DNA of 37,164 bases from Flavobacteriales bacterium (GCA_947460225.1 CANHHI010000001.1:1-37164), one strand, 5' to 3'. Positions 25,595 through 34,468 are shown, counted from the first letter of the stretch. Program-made: numbers and translations. Notes: generated from the letters alone by a model not told the origin.

Positions 25595-26336
25595 TTACCT
25601 GCTCTTTTTGGCGCATGTAATTTTCTATTGCCATCACCATAGAGGGAATACCTGGAAGTGGTGCGGCAATGTCCACATCTATGCCTCTGTTTTTGCATTC
25701 TTGCAAAGTTTGTGTGCCAAAAGCAGCAACAATTTGGTCTTCTTTTTTATAATCGGGAAAATTGCTTAAAAATCCCGTAACGCTAGATGGCGCAAAAAAC
25801 GTAATGATATTGTAATCTTTTATGTTTTTGTCTTCTAGTTTTGCAGGAACTGTTCGGTATTGTTGCACCTTGGAATAGGTAATATTCAATTTTTCCAATA
25901 AATTGCAAATATCCTCTGGGTGAACCTCCGAGCAAGGAATTAAAAATTTTCTGCTTTTGTTCTTTTTAATCATTTCAGAAAGCTCCAAAACAGAATTTTG
26001 ACCAAATAGAATTTTTCTGCGGCGCATTTCTCTGTATTTTTGCATATACATCGCCACGGTATCAGAGGCACAGAAAAATTTGGTGTCTTCGGACGTATTC
26101 ATGCGTGTTTCTTCGCCCAAACGGAAATAATGATCCACAGCATATTTACTGGTGAAAATAACTGCCTTATAGTGCGTGTAATCCACGTCAAATTGCCTAA
26201 ACTCGTGGTCTGTCAAGCCCTCTATTTCTACAAAAGGTATAAAGTCAACAGCCACTTCGTATCTAGCTTCCAAATCAGCGTAAGGCGATCTGCCCAGCGG
26301 TTTGGGTTGAGAAATGAGAATTTTCTTTATATCCAT
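25584..26336 (-). CDS. Uroporphyrinogen-III synthase (HemD/HEM4) family protein
   Basis: 250 aa from MDIKKILISQPKP. The two-lobe HEM4-like pattern (AVIFTSKYAVDHYF ... ITFFAPSSV) is commonly annotated hemD in Bacteroidota and sits next to DUF4271. Confidence 0.7.
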   Translation of the reverse strand: MDIKKILISQPKPLGRSPYADLEARYEVAVDFIPFVEIEGLTDHEFRQFDVDYTHYKAVIFTSKYAVDHYFRLGEETRMNTSEDTKFFCASDTVAMYMQKYREMRRRKILFGQNSVLELSEMIKKNKSRKFLIPCSEVHPEDICNLLEKLNITYSKVQQYRTVPAKLEDKNIKDYNIITFFAPSSVTGFLSNFPDYKKEDQIVAAFGTQTLQECKNRGIDVDIAAPLPGIPSMVMAIENYMRQKEQVTTL

Positions 26337-26356
26337 AGTCCAAATACAATAAATTT

Positions 26357-27040
26357 TTAAAATCCCTTGATCCAATGGGCGATTGTCCAAAAAGGCAAGA
26401 TTTCAAAAGTGCAAATATAAAAAATAATATACAAATACGGAACCTTATACGCTCTGGATATGCTTAAATAATTTAACCATTTTAACACAAAAGCTGTTAA
26501 AATTAGCACAGTCAGTGTGATTGCAACCCAAGTGCTCTTCCATTCAAAACGGGTATAATACGTCATAATATTCAAAGCCAAGAGCAAAATACCCAGCCCA
26601 GAACGGCTTACAAAAGTCCAACGGTAATATACCTGATTGGATTTTTCAATGTCTAAGAGATAGCCAAGTACCCTCAAAAGAAGACTTTCCGCTAAAAAAT
26701 AAAGCAAAAAGCCCAAACAAAAACCCAAGCCATAAAATGCCAGCGTACGCATACTGCCTTGAAAAATAGACGGTTGTATCACATAAAAAAACAAAACAAG
26801 GCTCATGGACAGCATGCACAAAAACAATCCATGCAAAAACAAAACATCTGCACGCAAAATTGTGGGCACTTCTTTTTGCAATCTTTTTGGAGAAAACCAA
26901 TACGAAAAGCTACGCTGCAAAAAATCTTGATAATTTTCTCTCGCCCATGCGTAAGCCAAAATAAACAAAAGAAACGCAATGCCCATAGACACAAAGCCAA
27001 AAGGCGCATCAAAAAAGAAATCCTGTTGTTGCAAAGCCAT
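26357..27040 (-). CDS. DUF4271-like polytopic membrane protein
   Basis: 227 aa with about six hydrophobic helices. Position upstream of the hemD-like gene matches the usual Bacteroidota arrangement. Family call is from memory of that synteny. Confidence 0.6.
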   Translation of the reverse strand: MALQQQDFFFDAPFGFVSMGIAFLLFILAYAWARENYQDFLQRSFSYWFSPKRLQKEVPTILRADVLFLHGLFLCMLSMSLVLFFYVIQPSIFQGSMRTLAFYGLGFCLGFLLYFLAESLLLRVLGYLLDIEKSNQVYYRWTFVSRSGLGILLLALNIMTYYTRFEWKSTWVAITLTVLILTAFVLKWLNYLSISRAYKVPYLYIIFYICTFEILPFWTIAHWIKGF

Positions 27041-27041
27041 T

Positions 27042-27830
27042 TTATTTGCCTAATTGTTGTTGTTCCATTTTTTCTTGCAAGGCTTGGATTTTTGGATTGC
27101 GCTTGAACTCAAAGTGCGGACCCAAATACACACTGCGCACATCGGCATCGGAGGCTAATTCCTCAGCGGTACCCTCTTTAAAAATATGTCCGTCCACAAT
27201 CAAGTACGCTCTATCGGTAATAGACAAGGTTTCGTGTACGTTGTGGTCGGTAATAAGAATGCCAATGTTTTTGTATTTCAAAGTTGCCACAACGTCTTGA
27301 ATATCGGAAACAGCAATGGGATCAACCCCAGCAAAAGGTTCATCTAGCAAAATGAATTTGGGGTCAGTAGCAAGCGCACGAGCAATTTCTGTGCGTCTTT
27401 TTTCGCCACCAGAAAGCCTTTCGCCTAAGTTTTTGCGCACATGGTTTAAATTAAATTCATCAATCAATTCGTCAAGCCTTTTGTTGCGCTCGGCAGTTGT
27501 TTTGTTTGTGATTTCAAGCACTGCCATAATGTTTTCCTCCACAGAAAGTTTTCTAAAAACCGAAACTTCTTGGGGCAAATAACCTATGCCAAGTTTTGCC
27601 CTTTGATACAAGGGTTTTTTAGTGATTTCTACATCGTTTAAAAACACTTTGCCTCCATTGGGCGTAACCAAGCCAACCATCATGTAAAAAGACGTGGATT
27701 TACCCGCTCCGTTTGGACCCAAAAGCCCCACGATTTCTCCTTGTTTGACATGCACAGAGACATCTTTTACAACAGTTCTACTGCCGTATTTTTTGACCAA
27801 ATGCTCCGCTTTTAAAATTTGTTTTTCCAT
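27042..27830 (-). CDS. lptB: LPS export ABC transporter ATP-binding protein
   Basis: Walker [10 protein letters not shown], signature LSGGEKRR, Walker [13 protein letters not shown]-loop TDHN. The sequence is of LptB type throughout. Confidence 0.9.
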   Translation of the reverse strand: MEKQILKAEHLVKKYGSRTVVKDVSVHVKQGEIVGLLGPNGAGKSTSFYMMVGLVTPNGGKVFLNDVEITKKPLYQRAKLGIGYLPQEVSVFRKLSVEENIMAVLEITNKTTAERNKRLDELIDEFNLNHVRKNLGERLSGGEKRRTEIARALATDPKFILLDEPFAGVDPIAVSDIQDVVATLKYKNIGILITDHNVHETLSITDRAYLIVDGHIFKEGTAEELASDADVRSVYLGPHFEFKRNPKIQALQEKMEQQQLGK

Positions 27831-27832
27831 GT

Positions 27833-30337
27833 TTAAAAAGTATAACTAAAACTGGCACGAACTCCTATTTTTTGAATATTGGGGTGATCTAAATAAGTCA
27901 GTCTAAAGACGGCATCTATTCTAAAAAACAGCAAAATATTGTCCAGACCAACGTTCATTTCCACAAACGGTTTTTGCTCCAAAGTAAAAGAATTTTTTTC
28001 TAAGTTCAATACTTTTTTGTTTTCTTGGGCTAAAAGACCATACACAGCACGCACCCCGATAATTTCTCTAAATTTGAGATAGCGTATGCCTGGAATTTTA
28101 TTGAGGAAAAACCCTTGAAAATTGTGTTCATACACCAAACTGATGTAAGAACTGGAAATAAATTCCGCAAAATTCATGGTATTAAACGACAAATACCGAA
28201 AATCATAGCCCTCCGAACCCGCATGAATAAACAAAAGCGGATAAGGCAAGGCTTCAAAAACATGCCCGCTTTCTACTCTCAAATAAGATTTGCCCACAGC
28301 ACCCGTAAAAAACAACTGTTCGTAAGCCAATTGTATTTTATTGAACTGGTAATCCCCAAAAAGATAGGGAATGCCAGCCTCATAGCGAAAAGAAAACGTG
28401 GGATAAGGCAACTCTTGCCGCACACGGTTGTAAGCCCCCGCAATATATCTTGCTTTATGGGAATACACCGCTTCTAGTGATACGGAAAACAACCGAATAT
28501 TTTTGAGGAAAATTTTGTTATAAAAAGGGTCTATGTTGCCATTTTCATCGAACACAGGCACATTGAGTTTAAAATCTAAGGGCTTGCTCATTTTGCGCAA
28601 TAAGCCAATGCTGGTAGAAAACCCCTGAAACCAATCTCTGGCGTATGAAATCTTAAACGTATTGCTTATAAAAAAGTGCCTCGGATTTACCCGAGCCAGC
28701 AATAAAGAAAAAATATCACTGCCATAATTCAAACGGGGCGAACCAAAAAGTTCTGTTTCTACATCGCCAAGCCTGTCCAAATCATACTGGTAAATGGCAT
28801 AAACATATTCCCATTTTTTTTTATCAAAAAACATTTTGTTTTCCACAGCATATTTAAAGGTTTTATCACCCGTGCCATACGCCAAATAACCACCAATTCT
28901 AAAATCTGGGTGCAATTTCTTGGTAGTCCTGAGGGCTAGCTTAAACCTATGTTTTTCAATGTCGTTATAGCCATACATAGACCACAAATGCCCAAACGAC
29001 AAATAACCTATATCCCAATAACCCGTTGCCATGGTTTTGACAAAACTTTCCAAAGCACGAAACTGTGGCACTTTGCGCAAGGTGTCCTTCAAGTGATATA
29101 CGGTATTTTCTTGCACATTGAGTTTTTGCGGGCGTTTTTCAGCCAAAAAAGTATCAGCATCTTCTTTTTCATCAAAATCTACCACATTGCCCTTAAAAAC
29201 ATCTTTGGACAAATTTGGGTTGAGTATATAATCGCTATACGTGGTGTTTTTTTGCCCCAAAAGCCCTATCATCTTTCGCTCGGCGATATTAAAATGCACC
29301 TGCAAATCCTCGCTTTGTATCACATACAACGTGTCTGCTAGTTTTTTGTATTTTTGCTCAGCGTGCAAACTGTAAATTAGATTCACATTGGCATTAGGCG
29401 ACATGTTGGCTTTAATTTTAGGCACAAAATACGTGCTGTCTTCCACCCAAAAACGCCCTTGAAAAGTAAGTTCTTGGGGCAATTTAGGAAAATACGCCAC
29501 TTGATATTGTTTTTTACCTTTTTCCAAAGTGCTGTCCACCAAATAATAACGATAATAACCCAAGCCATATTCAGACAAAGGCGAGACAAATTGACTGCCC
29601 AAAACCCGCACAAAATTTTGATGAAAATTTAATTCCAAATATAAATTGCCAAAATACTGTTGCACACTTTCGTTGTCCAGACCTGAGTTTTTGGCTGCCC
29701 ATACTTTTTCCTTTTTCTTGGCAGGATTATTTTGCACGTAAGTGGTAGAATAGCTTTCAGACAAAAATGCAGGTATGTAACGCTTGCCGTCTGCAGTGGT
29801 GTCTAATTGGCTAAAAAATGGCGCAAAAGGCTTCATTGCCTTGCTTTTGGCAAATTTCTCCGATACATTGCTCACCGAGAGCAAAACTTTATTATAAACA
29901 TCATACTGCCATTGTGGCATATTTTCTAAATTGTATTTACGGCGACTTGCGATAATTTTTCTCAGTAAAATATGAGCGGGGTTTTCTTTGTTGTCAGGCA
30001 ATATTTCCACAGCGGAAAGCATTTTTTCATCGGTATCCAAAAAAAACTTAAGCACTTTATTGGCATTGAGTTTTTTAATGGGGTAATTTAAAGTTGTATA
30101 GCCTGTATAAGCGATTTGCAAGGTTGTTTCACTGTGCGTGGTATCCACAACAATTTCAAAATACCCCTCGGCATTGGTTTTGACAATTTTCTGTTGTTTT
30201 TTAAGCATTAACGTGGCTTGTATCAAAGGCTCGGCATTTTCTTTGTCATACACATAACCCCGCAATTTTGTCTGCGCCCAACACAAGGAATGGAAACAGA
30301 AACAAATAAAAAAGAAACGGCTCAGCAAATTCAACAT
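27833..30337 (-). CDS. Outer-membrane protein with an N-terminal carboxypeptidase-regulatory-like domain (DUF5686-type)
   Basis: Signal peptide, then [23 protein letters not shown]...TNAEGYFEI (CarboxypepD_reg pattern). Long beta-rich, aromatic-rich C-terminal part ends in ...SFSYTF, with the terminal Phe typical of OM beta-barrels. Confidence 0.7.
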   Translation of the reverse strand: MLNLLSRFFFICFCFHSLCWAQTKLRGYVYDKENAEPLIQATLMLKKQQKIVKTNAEGYFEIVVDTTHSETTLQIAYTGYTTLNYPIKKLNANKVLKFFLDTDEKMLSAVEILPDNKENPAHILLRKIIASRRKYNLENMPQWQYDVYNKVLLSVSNVSEKFAKSKAMKPFAPFFSQLDTTADGKRYIPAFLSESYSTTYVQNNPAKKKEKVWAAKNSGLDNESVQQYFGNLYLELNFHQNFVRVLGSQFVSPLSEYGLGYYRYYLVDSTLEKGKKQYQVAYFPKLPQELTFQGRFWVEDSTYFVPKIKANMSPNANVNLIYSLHAEQKYKKLADTLYVIQSEDLQVHFNIAERKMIGLLGQKNTTYSDYILNPNLSKDVFKGNVVDFDEKEDADTFLAEKRPQKLNVQENTVYHLKDTLRKVPQFRALESFVKTMATGYWDIGYLSFGHLWSMYGYNDIEKHRFKLALRTTKKLHPDFRIGGYLAYGTGDKTFKYAVENKMFFDKKKWEYVYAIYQYDLDRLGDVETELFGSPRLNYGSDIFSLLLARVNPRHFFISNTFKISYARDWFQGFSTSIGLLRKMSKPLDFKLNVPVFDENGNIDPFYNKIFLKNIRLFSVSLEAVYSHKARYIAGAYNRVRQELPYPTFSFRYEAGIPYLFGDYQFNKIQLAYEQLFFTGAVGKSYLRVESGHVFEALPYPLLFIHAGSEGYDFRYLSFNTMNFAEFISSSYISLVYEHNFQGFFLNKIPGIRYLKFREIIGVRAVYGLLAQENKKVLNLEKNSFTLEQKPFVEMNVGLDNILLFFRIDAVFRLTYLDHPNIQKIGVRASFSYTF

Positions 30338-30343
30338 ATATTT

Positions 30344-31264
30344 TTAAAAAAATACCGAAGGCTCCTCTAATGCACCTTTTTCCGTCAAATCATCTTGGGC
30401 TTTTTCATAAGCCAAAAAAGTATTGTGTAGCAAACTATAAATCGTCATCGGTCCAACGCCAAAAGGCACAGGGGTAATGGCACTGCATATTTTTTTTGCC
30501 CCCTCAAAATCCACATCGCCCACAAGGCTATAACCCGATTTTTTGCGTTCATCAGCTATGCGTGTCAAGCCCACATCTATCACAACTGCACCCGGTTTTA
30601 TCATATCTGCCGTAATAAAATTGGGTTTGCCAATGGCAACAATCAGCAAATCCGCCATGCGTGTGTGTGTTTCCAAGTTTTGCGTGTGGGAATGGGTAAG
30701 CGTTACCGTGCAATTGCCTATTTTGTCGTTGCGTGTGAGCAAAATGCTAATGGGCGTGCCGACAATGTGGCTACGTCCAACCACCACACAATGTTTGCCT
30801 TGCACGTCTATTTGGTAAAAACTCAACAATTCCAAAATGCCCTTTGGCGTGGCGGGCAAAAAAGTAGGCAAATGAATCACCGCTCTGCCTAGATTTTCGG
30901 GGTGAAAACCATCAACATCTTTTTTTGGGTCTATGGCTAAAATCACCTGCTTTTCCACAATATGCTTGGGCAAGGGCAATTGCACCAAAATGCCATCTGT
31001 TTGCGCATCTGCGTTAAGGGCGTGAATATGCGCCAAAAGCTCCGCTTGACTGGTATTTTCTGGCAGGTGTAAAACCGTGGACTTAAAGCCAATTTCTTGG
31101 CAGGCTTTCATTTTAGCCTGCACATAAGTAGCACTAGCACCGTCATTGCCCAGCAAAATAGCTACCAAATGGGGCGCACGCAATCCCTTTTCTAATCTAA
31201 GGTCTAGGGTTGCTTTTAGTTTTTTTTGCAGGCTTTGTGCTGCAATTTTGCCATTGAGTAGCAA
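30344..31264 (-). CDS. folD: Bifunctional methylenetetrahydrofolate dehydrogenase/cyclohydrolase
   Basis: LVAILLGNDGASATYVQAKMKAC, GILVQLPLP, VVGRSHIVGTP and ITPVPFGVGPMT motifs. Confidence 0.93.
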   Translation of the reverse strand: MLLNGKIAAQSLQKKLKATLDLRLEKGLRAPHLVAILLGNDGASATYVQAKMKACQEIGFKSTVLHLPENTSQAELLAHIHALNADAQTDGILVQLPLPKHIVEKQVILAIDPKKDVDGFHPENLGRAVIHLPTFLPATPKGILELLSFYQIDVQGKHCVVVGRSHIVGTPISILLTRNDKIGNCTVTLTHSHTQNLETHTRMADLLIVAIGKPNFITADMIKPGAVVIDVGLTRIADERKKSGYSLVGDVDFEGAKKICSAITPVPFGVGPMTIYSLLHNTFLAYEKAQDDLTEKGALEEPSVFF

Positions 31265-31303
31265 AAGATTTTGTGTCGTAGTTGTCGTGAAAATATAGTT
31301 GTT

Positions 31304-32644
31304 TTAAAATTTACTGCGTCCTTTCATGGCATCAAAAATTCTAGCCATTGCGCCTGGTTTGCCCTGCGTCATTTTGAGCATGCTGGCAAGCTGTTCCCTT
31401 TGCTTGAGAATTCTATTCACCTCTTCAATAGAACTCGCACTGCCTTTTGCCACTCGCTGTTTTCGGCTGGGTTGTGCCATCAACGCAGGATTTTTGCGCT
31501 CTTTGGGCGTCATGGATTGTATAATGGCACGCACCTTGCCAAATGGATTGTGGTCTTGGGGCAAATTTTGCGCAATGTTAGACATACCCGGCACCATACC
31601 CAACACGTCTTTCACGCTACCCATTTGTTCTATTTGTTCTATTTGCGCTAAAAAGTCTTCAAAATCCAGTTGGTTTTTGGCTACTTTTTGATTGAGTTGT
31701 TTGAATTTATCCGCATCAAAGGCTTCTTGGGCACGCTCCACAAAAGAGACAATATCGCCCATGCCCAGCATTCTATCGGCAATCCTATCGGGGTGAAAAA
31801 CCTCCAAAGCCTCTATTTTTTCCCCCGTACCAATAAATTTAATAGGCTTTTCCACAACGGTTTTAATAGACAAAGCAGCACCTGCACGGGTATCTCCGTC
31901 CATTTTGCTCAAAATTACACCCGAAATTGCTAGCCTGTCATTAAAGGCTTTGGCAAGATTAACGGCATCTTGCCCAATCATCGCATCGGCAACAAAAAGA
32001 ATTTCTTGCGGATTTAGCAAATTTTTCAGGTTTTCCACCTCTTGCATCATGGCTTCGTCTATTGCCATGCGCCCAGCCGTATCAAAAATAAGCACGTTGT
32101 GGTGGTTTACTTTGGCGTGTTGCAGTGCCGCTTTGGCAATGCTGAGCACATTTTGTTCGCCATCTTGGCTAAAAAAGTCCAAATTATTTTTTTCCGCCAA
32201 AGTTCTGAGCTGGTCTATCGCAGCGGCGCGATACACATCGCAAGCCACCAAAAGCACGCTTCTGCCTTTTTTCTTGATATAATTTGCCAATTTGGCAGCA
32301 TGCGTAGTTTTACCAGCACCCTGCATACCCACCAGCAAAATCACATTGGGATTTTGGTCTAGCTTGAGGTCTGCACTAGTATGTCCCATCAAATCCACCA
32401 ATTCATCGTGGGCAATTTTAATGAGCATTTGCCTTGGAGAAACATGCTTTAAAATACCTTGCCCTATGGCTTTGTCTTTTACACGGCTTACAAAATCTTT
32501 GGCAATTTTATACTGCACATCGGCTTCTAGCAGGGCTTTTCTCACTTCTTTCAAAGCCTCTGATATATTAACCTCCGTAATTTTCCCTTGCCCTTTCAGC
32601 AAATGAAAAGCCTTGTCTATTTTTTTGGATATTTGCTCAAACAT
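31304..32644 (-). CDS. ffh: Signal recognition particle protein
   Basis: N and G domains (GMQGAGKTT, DTAGR, SKMDGD) and a Met-rich M domain (MGMGD, QMGSVKDVLGMVPGM). Confidence 0.96.
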   Translation of the reverse strand: MFEQISKKIDKAFHLLKGQGKITEVNISEALKEVRKALLEADVQYKIAKDFVSRVKDKAIGQGILKHVSPRQMLIKIAHDELVDLMGHTSADLKLDQNPNVILLVGMQGAGKTTHAAKLANYIKKKGRSVLLVACDVYRAAAIDQLRTLAEKNNLDFFSQDGEQNVLSIAKAALQHAKVNHHNVLIFDTAGRMAIDEAMMQEVENLKNLLNPQEILFVADAMIGQDAVNLAKAFNDRLAISGVILSKMDGDTRAGAALSIKTVVEKPIKFIGTGEKIEALEVFHPDRIADRMLGMGDIVSFVERAQEAFDADKFKQLNQKVAKNQLDFEDFLAQIEQIEQMGSVKDVLGMVPGMSNIAQNLPQDHNPFGKVRAIIQSMTPKERKNPALMAQPSRKQRVAKGSASSIEEVNRILKQREQLASMLKMTQGKPGAMARIFDAMKGRSKF

Positions 32645-32646
32645 AT

Positions 32647-33171
32647 CTATTCGTTTATTATACTGGTGTCTTGTGTAGTTTTCAAAAATTCATCAAAAAG
32701 ACTTACGTATTCTTGGCTCACGCCCCAAAGTTCTTTTTTAAGCCCCGCAATTTCTTCTTGTTGCATCATCATGCGGTTTTGCAAACCTTGAATGGTCTTT
32801 TCTATTTGCGACATCTGCCCCGTCCTATTTTGCAATTTACTTTTAAGCAGGCTAATTTTTTCTTGGCTTTCTTTTTGCAAAGTGGCAATTTGCGTCAAAT
32901 CTTCCCTAAGCCTATCCGATAAGTCTTGTTTTTTGCCTTTTTCCCGCAAATGAGTATAACCAAAAATTTCCTGTTTTTTTTGCGTAAGATGCGCCAAATT
33001 CTGTTCCATCTCGGCATAAAAACCAATTAAATTATCAATAAGCGTGTCTCTTTGCGCAATTTCTTGCCTCAAATTCGCCGTTTGTTCTCCGCAGTCTTGT
33101 GTAATTTGCTCTTTTGTGCTGGGCTTACAAGACAAAGCCAAACAGAGCAAAGCCATATATCTATTTTTCAT
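32647..33171 (-). CDS. Coiled-coil lipoprotein, function unknown
   Basis: Lipobox-like MALLCLALSC at the N-terminus. The remainder is heptad-rich and Q/E/K-rich. Stop lies 2 nt from the ffh start. Confidence 0.6.
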   Translation of the reverse strand: MKNRYMALLCLALSCKPSTKEQITQDCGEQTANLRQEIAQRDTLIDNLIGFYAEMEQNLAHLTQKKQEIFGYTHLREKGKKQDLSDRLREDLTQIATLQKESQEKISLLKSKLQNRTGQMSQIEKTIQGLQNRMMMQQEEIAGLKKELWGVSQEYVSLFDEFLKTTQDTSIINE

Positions 33172-33706
33172 GGATTAAACTCAAATAATGATGCAAAGGC
33201 TCCACCAAACTTTCTTTGGGTGATTTTGCAGGCAATTCTATAAAAAAATCGTACAATGTTTTCCATGCCAATTGCTGTTTTGCCACTTTAAAATGCGCTG
33301 GCACTTTGGCTAAAACACCCTTGATAAAATGCGCTCTGTCATCGGTAAAATCAATAGCTATATCCACTTTAAGGTTAGCGACCAAACGCATCACCTCTTT
33401 TTTGGGCAAACCCGAAAAAAACCGAGCATCTTTGGCAGTAAACACAAAATCAAAAGGCAAATCTTCTTTGAGCATTTTCTTTTGGCGCACGTAGGCAATT
33501 TTAACCACCTGCGCAATATTGTATTTTTGTTTCAAAGTGCCAGCAAAACTATTGACAAGTTCTATATCTTTGGGTTTTTCTACCTCAATAAGCAACAAAA
33601 CGCTTTTGGCATCTGCATAGCCAAGCACCCTGCGCAACCTTGGCGTAGTTCTTCGGTTGAGCAAAAAATGGGCTAATTTATATCTTAACTGGGCAAACAT
33701 GGGCAT
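33161..33706 (-). CDS. Hypothetical protein (181 aa), first gene of the ffh-containing co-directional cluster
   Basis: Intact ORF with a consensus promoter 22 nt upstream. Overlaps the next gene by 11 nt. No family recognised. Confidence 0.6.
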   Translation of the reverse strand: MPMFAQLRYKLAHFLLNRRTTPRLRRVLGYADAKSVLLLIEVEKPKDIELVNSFAGTLKQKYNIAQVVKIAYVRQKKMLKEDLPFDFVFTAKDARFFSGLPKKEVMRLVANLKVDIAIDFTDDRAHFIKGVLAKVPAHFKVAKQQLAWKTLYDFFIELPAKSPKESLVEPLHHYLSLIHEK

Positions 33707-33727
33707 TATTTAGATAAAACCAAATAG

Positions 33728-33758
33728 CAAAAGTAAAGATTTTTAGTCAAATTACAAA
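33728..33758 (-). promoter_or_regulatory. Consensus promoter for the 33706 -> 25584 gene cluster
   Basis: The reverse strand reads TTTG-taatttgactaaaaatctt(N19)-TACTTTTG. The -7 box ends 21 nt before ATG 33706. Confidence 0.6.
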
Positions 33759-33821
33759 ATATTCACGAACACAGTCCGTTTTATTCTGCACCTGCGGTGC
33801 AGGCAAGATACACGCAAAAAT

Positions 33822-33846
33822 GTAGGGAACGGTTTGTAACCGTTCC
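33822..33846 (+). repeat. REP-like unit: GTAG head plus 9-bp hairpin (gtagggaacggtt-tgt-aaccgttcc)
   Basis: Perfect palindrome; paralog of 10746..10768. Confidence 0.6.
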
Positions 33847-33853
33847 AAAAATA

Positions 33854-33879
33854 GAAACCCCACCTTTCGGTAGGGTTTC
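33854..33879 (+). repeat. Hairpin gaaaccccacc-tttc-ggtagggtttc, followed by two further GTAG heads (33883..33898)
   Basis: 10 of 11 positions pair, with a tttc loop. GTAG motifs recur at ggtaggg, tgtagaa and agtaggg. Confidence 0.5.
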
Positions 33880-34167
33880 CTTGTAGAAGTAGGGTTTCAC
33901 GTACACACCCCAAACGACAAATAAAATTAAAATACCTACGCATCGCCAGCTGGTGCGCATCTGCCGTATGCAAACAGATAAAACACCGCAATTCATCTAT
34001 GTTGCAAGCAACCTAGGTAAACAGATTAGATTTTGCTGGTTTTAGCCTGTGTTTGTTTGAGCACGTGGAAGTGACTAAAACCAAAATACAACCAAGCATA
34101 GCTATAACTCTCCGAGCCTTTTTAGATTAACGCCGTTACGCCAAAAACCCCTACACTGCTGTACAAC

Positions 34168-34350
34168 AAAAAACCCAACCTGACGATTTGTAAAGTTGCT
34201 ATTCCAAATGTCGTTCAGCGTGTAAAACACGCCGCGGACAACAAACGCCTTGCAGCGGGGTTATCCGTCAGGTTGGGTTATATTTAAAAGACTATAACCC
34301 CAGCCGATTTTTTCGGCGTGTTTTTGTCCAAAACGGACATTTAGAATAGC
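34168..34350 (-). ncRNA. Candidate structured small RNA or leader (~185 nt), class unknown
   Basis: A consensus promoter ends 4 nt upstream. An 18-bp helix joins 34350..34332 to 34215..34198. Hairpins at 34317..34303, 34300..34275 and 34234..34216. An alternative 15-bp helix joins 34279..34265 to 34186..34172 and is followed by a U-run. Three imperfect pairs are G-U on the minus strand but A-C on the plus strand. No ORF. Confidence 0.4.
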
Positions 34351-34354
34351 ACCA

Positions 34355-34387
34355 CAAAGGTACAAACTTTTTAATTAAAGTTCCAAA
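34355..34387 (-). promoter_or_regulatory. Orphan consensus promoter inside the ORF-free gap
   Basis: The reverse strand reads TTTG-gaactttaattaaaaagtttg(N21)-TACCTTTG. No protein gene follows. Confidence 0.55.
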
Positions 34388-34437
34388 TTTTTGGGCAAAA
34401 TTTTTAAAATAAATTTCATTTTTCTAGGAATTAAATA

Positions 34438-34468
34438 GCCTGCCGTAGGCAGAATAAATCGATCTGTG
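34438..34468. repeat. Solo inverted end of the TIR/hairpin family, directly after the GT4 gene stop
   Basis: The reverse complement cacagatcgatttattctgcctacggcaggc aligns with 33770..33804 (cacagtccgttttattctgcacctgcggtgcaggc). The hairpin is shortened symmetrically from a 7-bp to a 5-bp stem. Confidence 0.55.

Larger units (their letters stand above)
33770..33989. mobile_element. Second MITE-like copy (~220 bp) of the 10638..10886 family, with a degenerate right end
   Basis: Left end cacagtccgttttattctgcacctgcggtgcaggc is near-identical to 10644..10678. The internal GTAG hairpin is shared. The right part gcatcgcc...cagataaaacaccgc (33940..33989) resembles the reverse complement of the left end (gcatcgcc / agatTaaaac). 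No ORF other than spurious repeat translations. Confidence 0.55.

Noticed and set aside
33940-33962. Hairpin cgcatcgccagctggtgcg, considered as an independent structured element
   Set aside because: It is better explained as the degenerate counterpart of the family's terminal hairpin (compare ctgcacctgcggtgcaggcgatgc at 10658..10681). It has two wobble positions and one mismatch.
33752-33996. Two overlapping minus-strand ORFs of 79 and 71 aa in the large intergenic gap
   Set aside because: Both are translations of the repeat hairpins (NGYKPFPT, LHRRCRIKRTV). They are Cys/Arg-rich with no start context and overlap each other in different frames.
34000-34400. Possibility that the structured region is a known housekeeping RNA (tmRNA, RNase P RNA, SRP/4.5S RNA, 6S RNA, tRNA) or a hammerhead ribozyme
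   Set aside because: None of the expected signatures was found by eye: GGTTCGAATCC-type T-arm, GAGGAAAGTCC (RNase P), GTCAGGTCCGGAAGGAAGCAGCC (SRP), tmRNA 5' GGGG..3' CCACCA pairing or tag ORF, or a CUGANGA...GAAA core. The 5' end does not pair with the 3' end as in 6S RNA. A covariance-model search is still needed.
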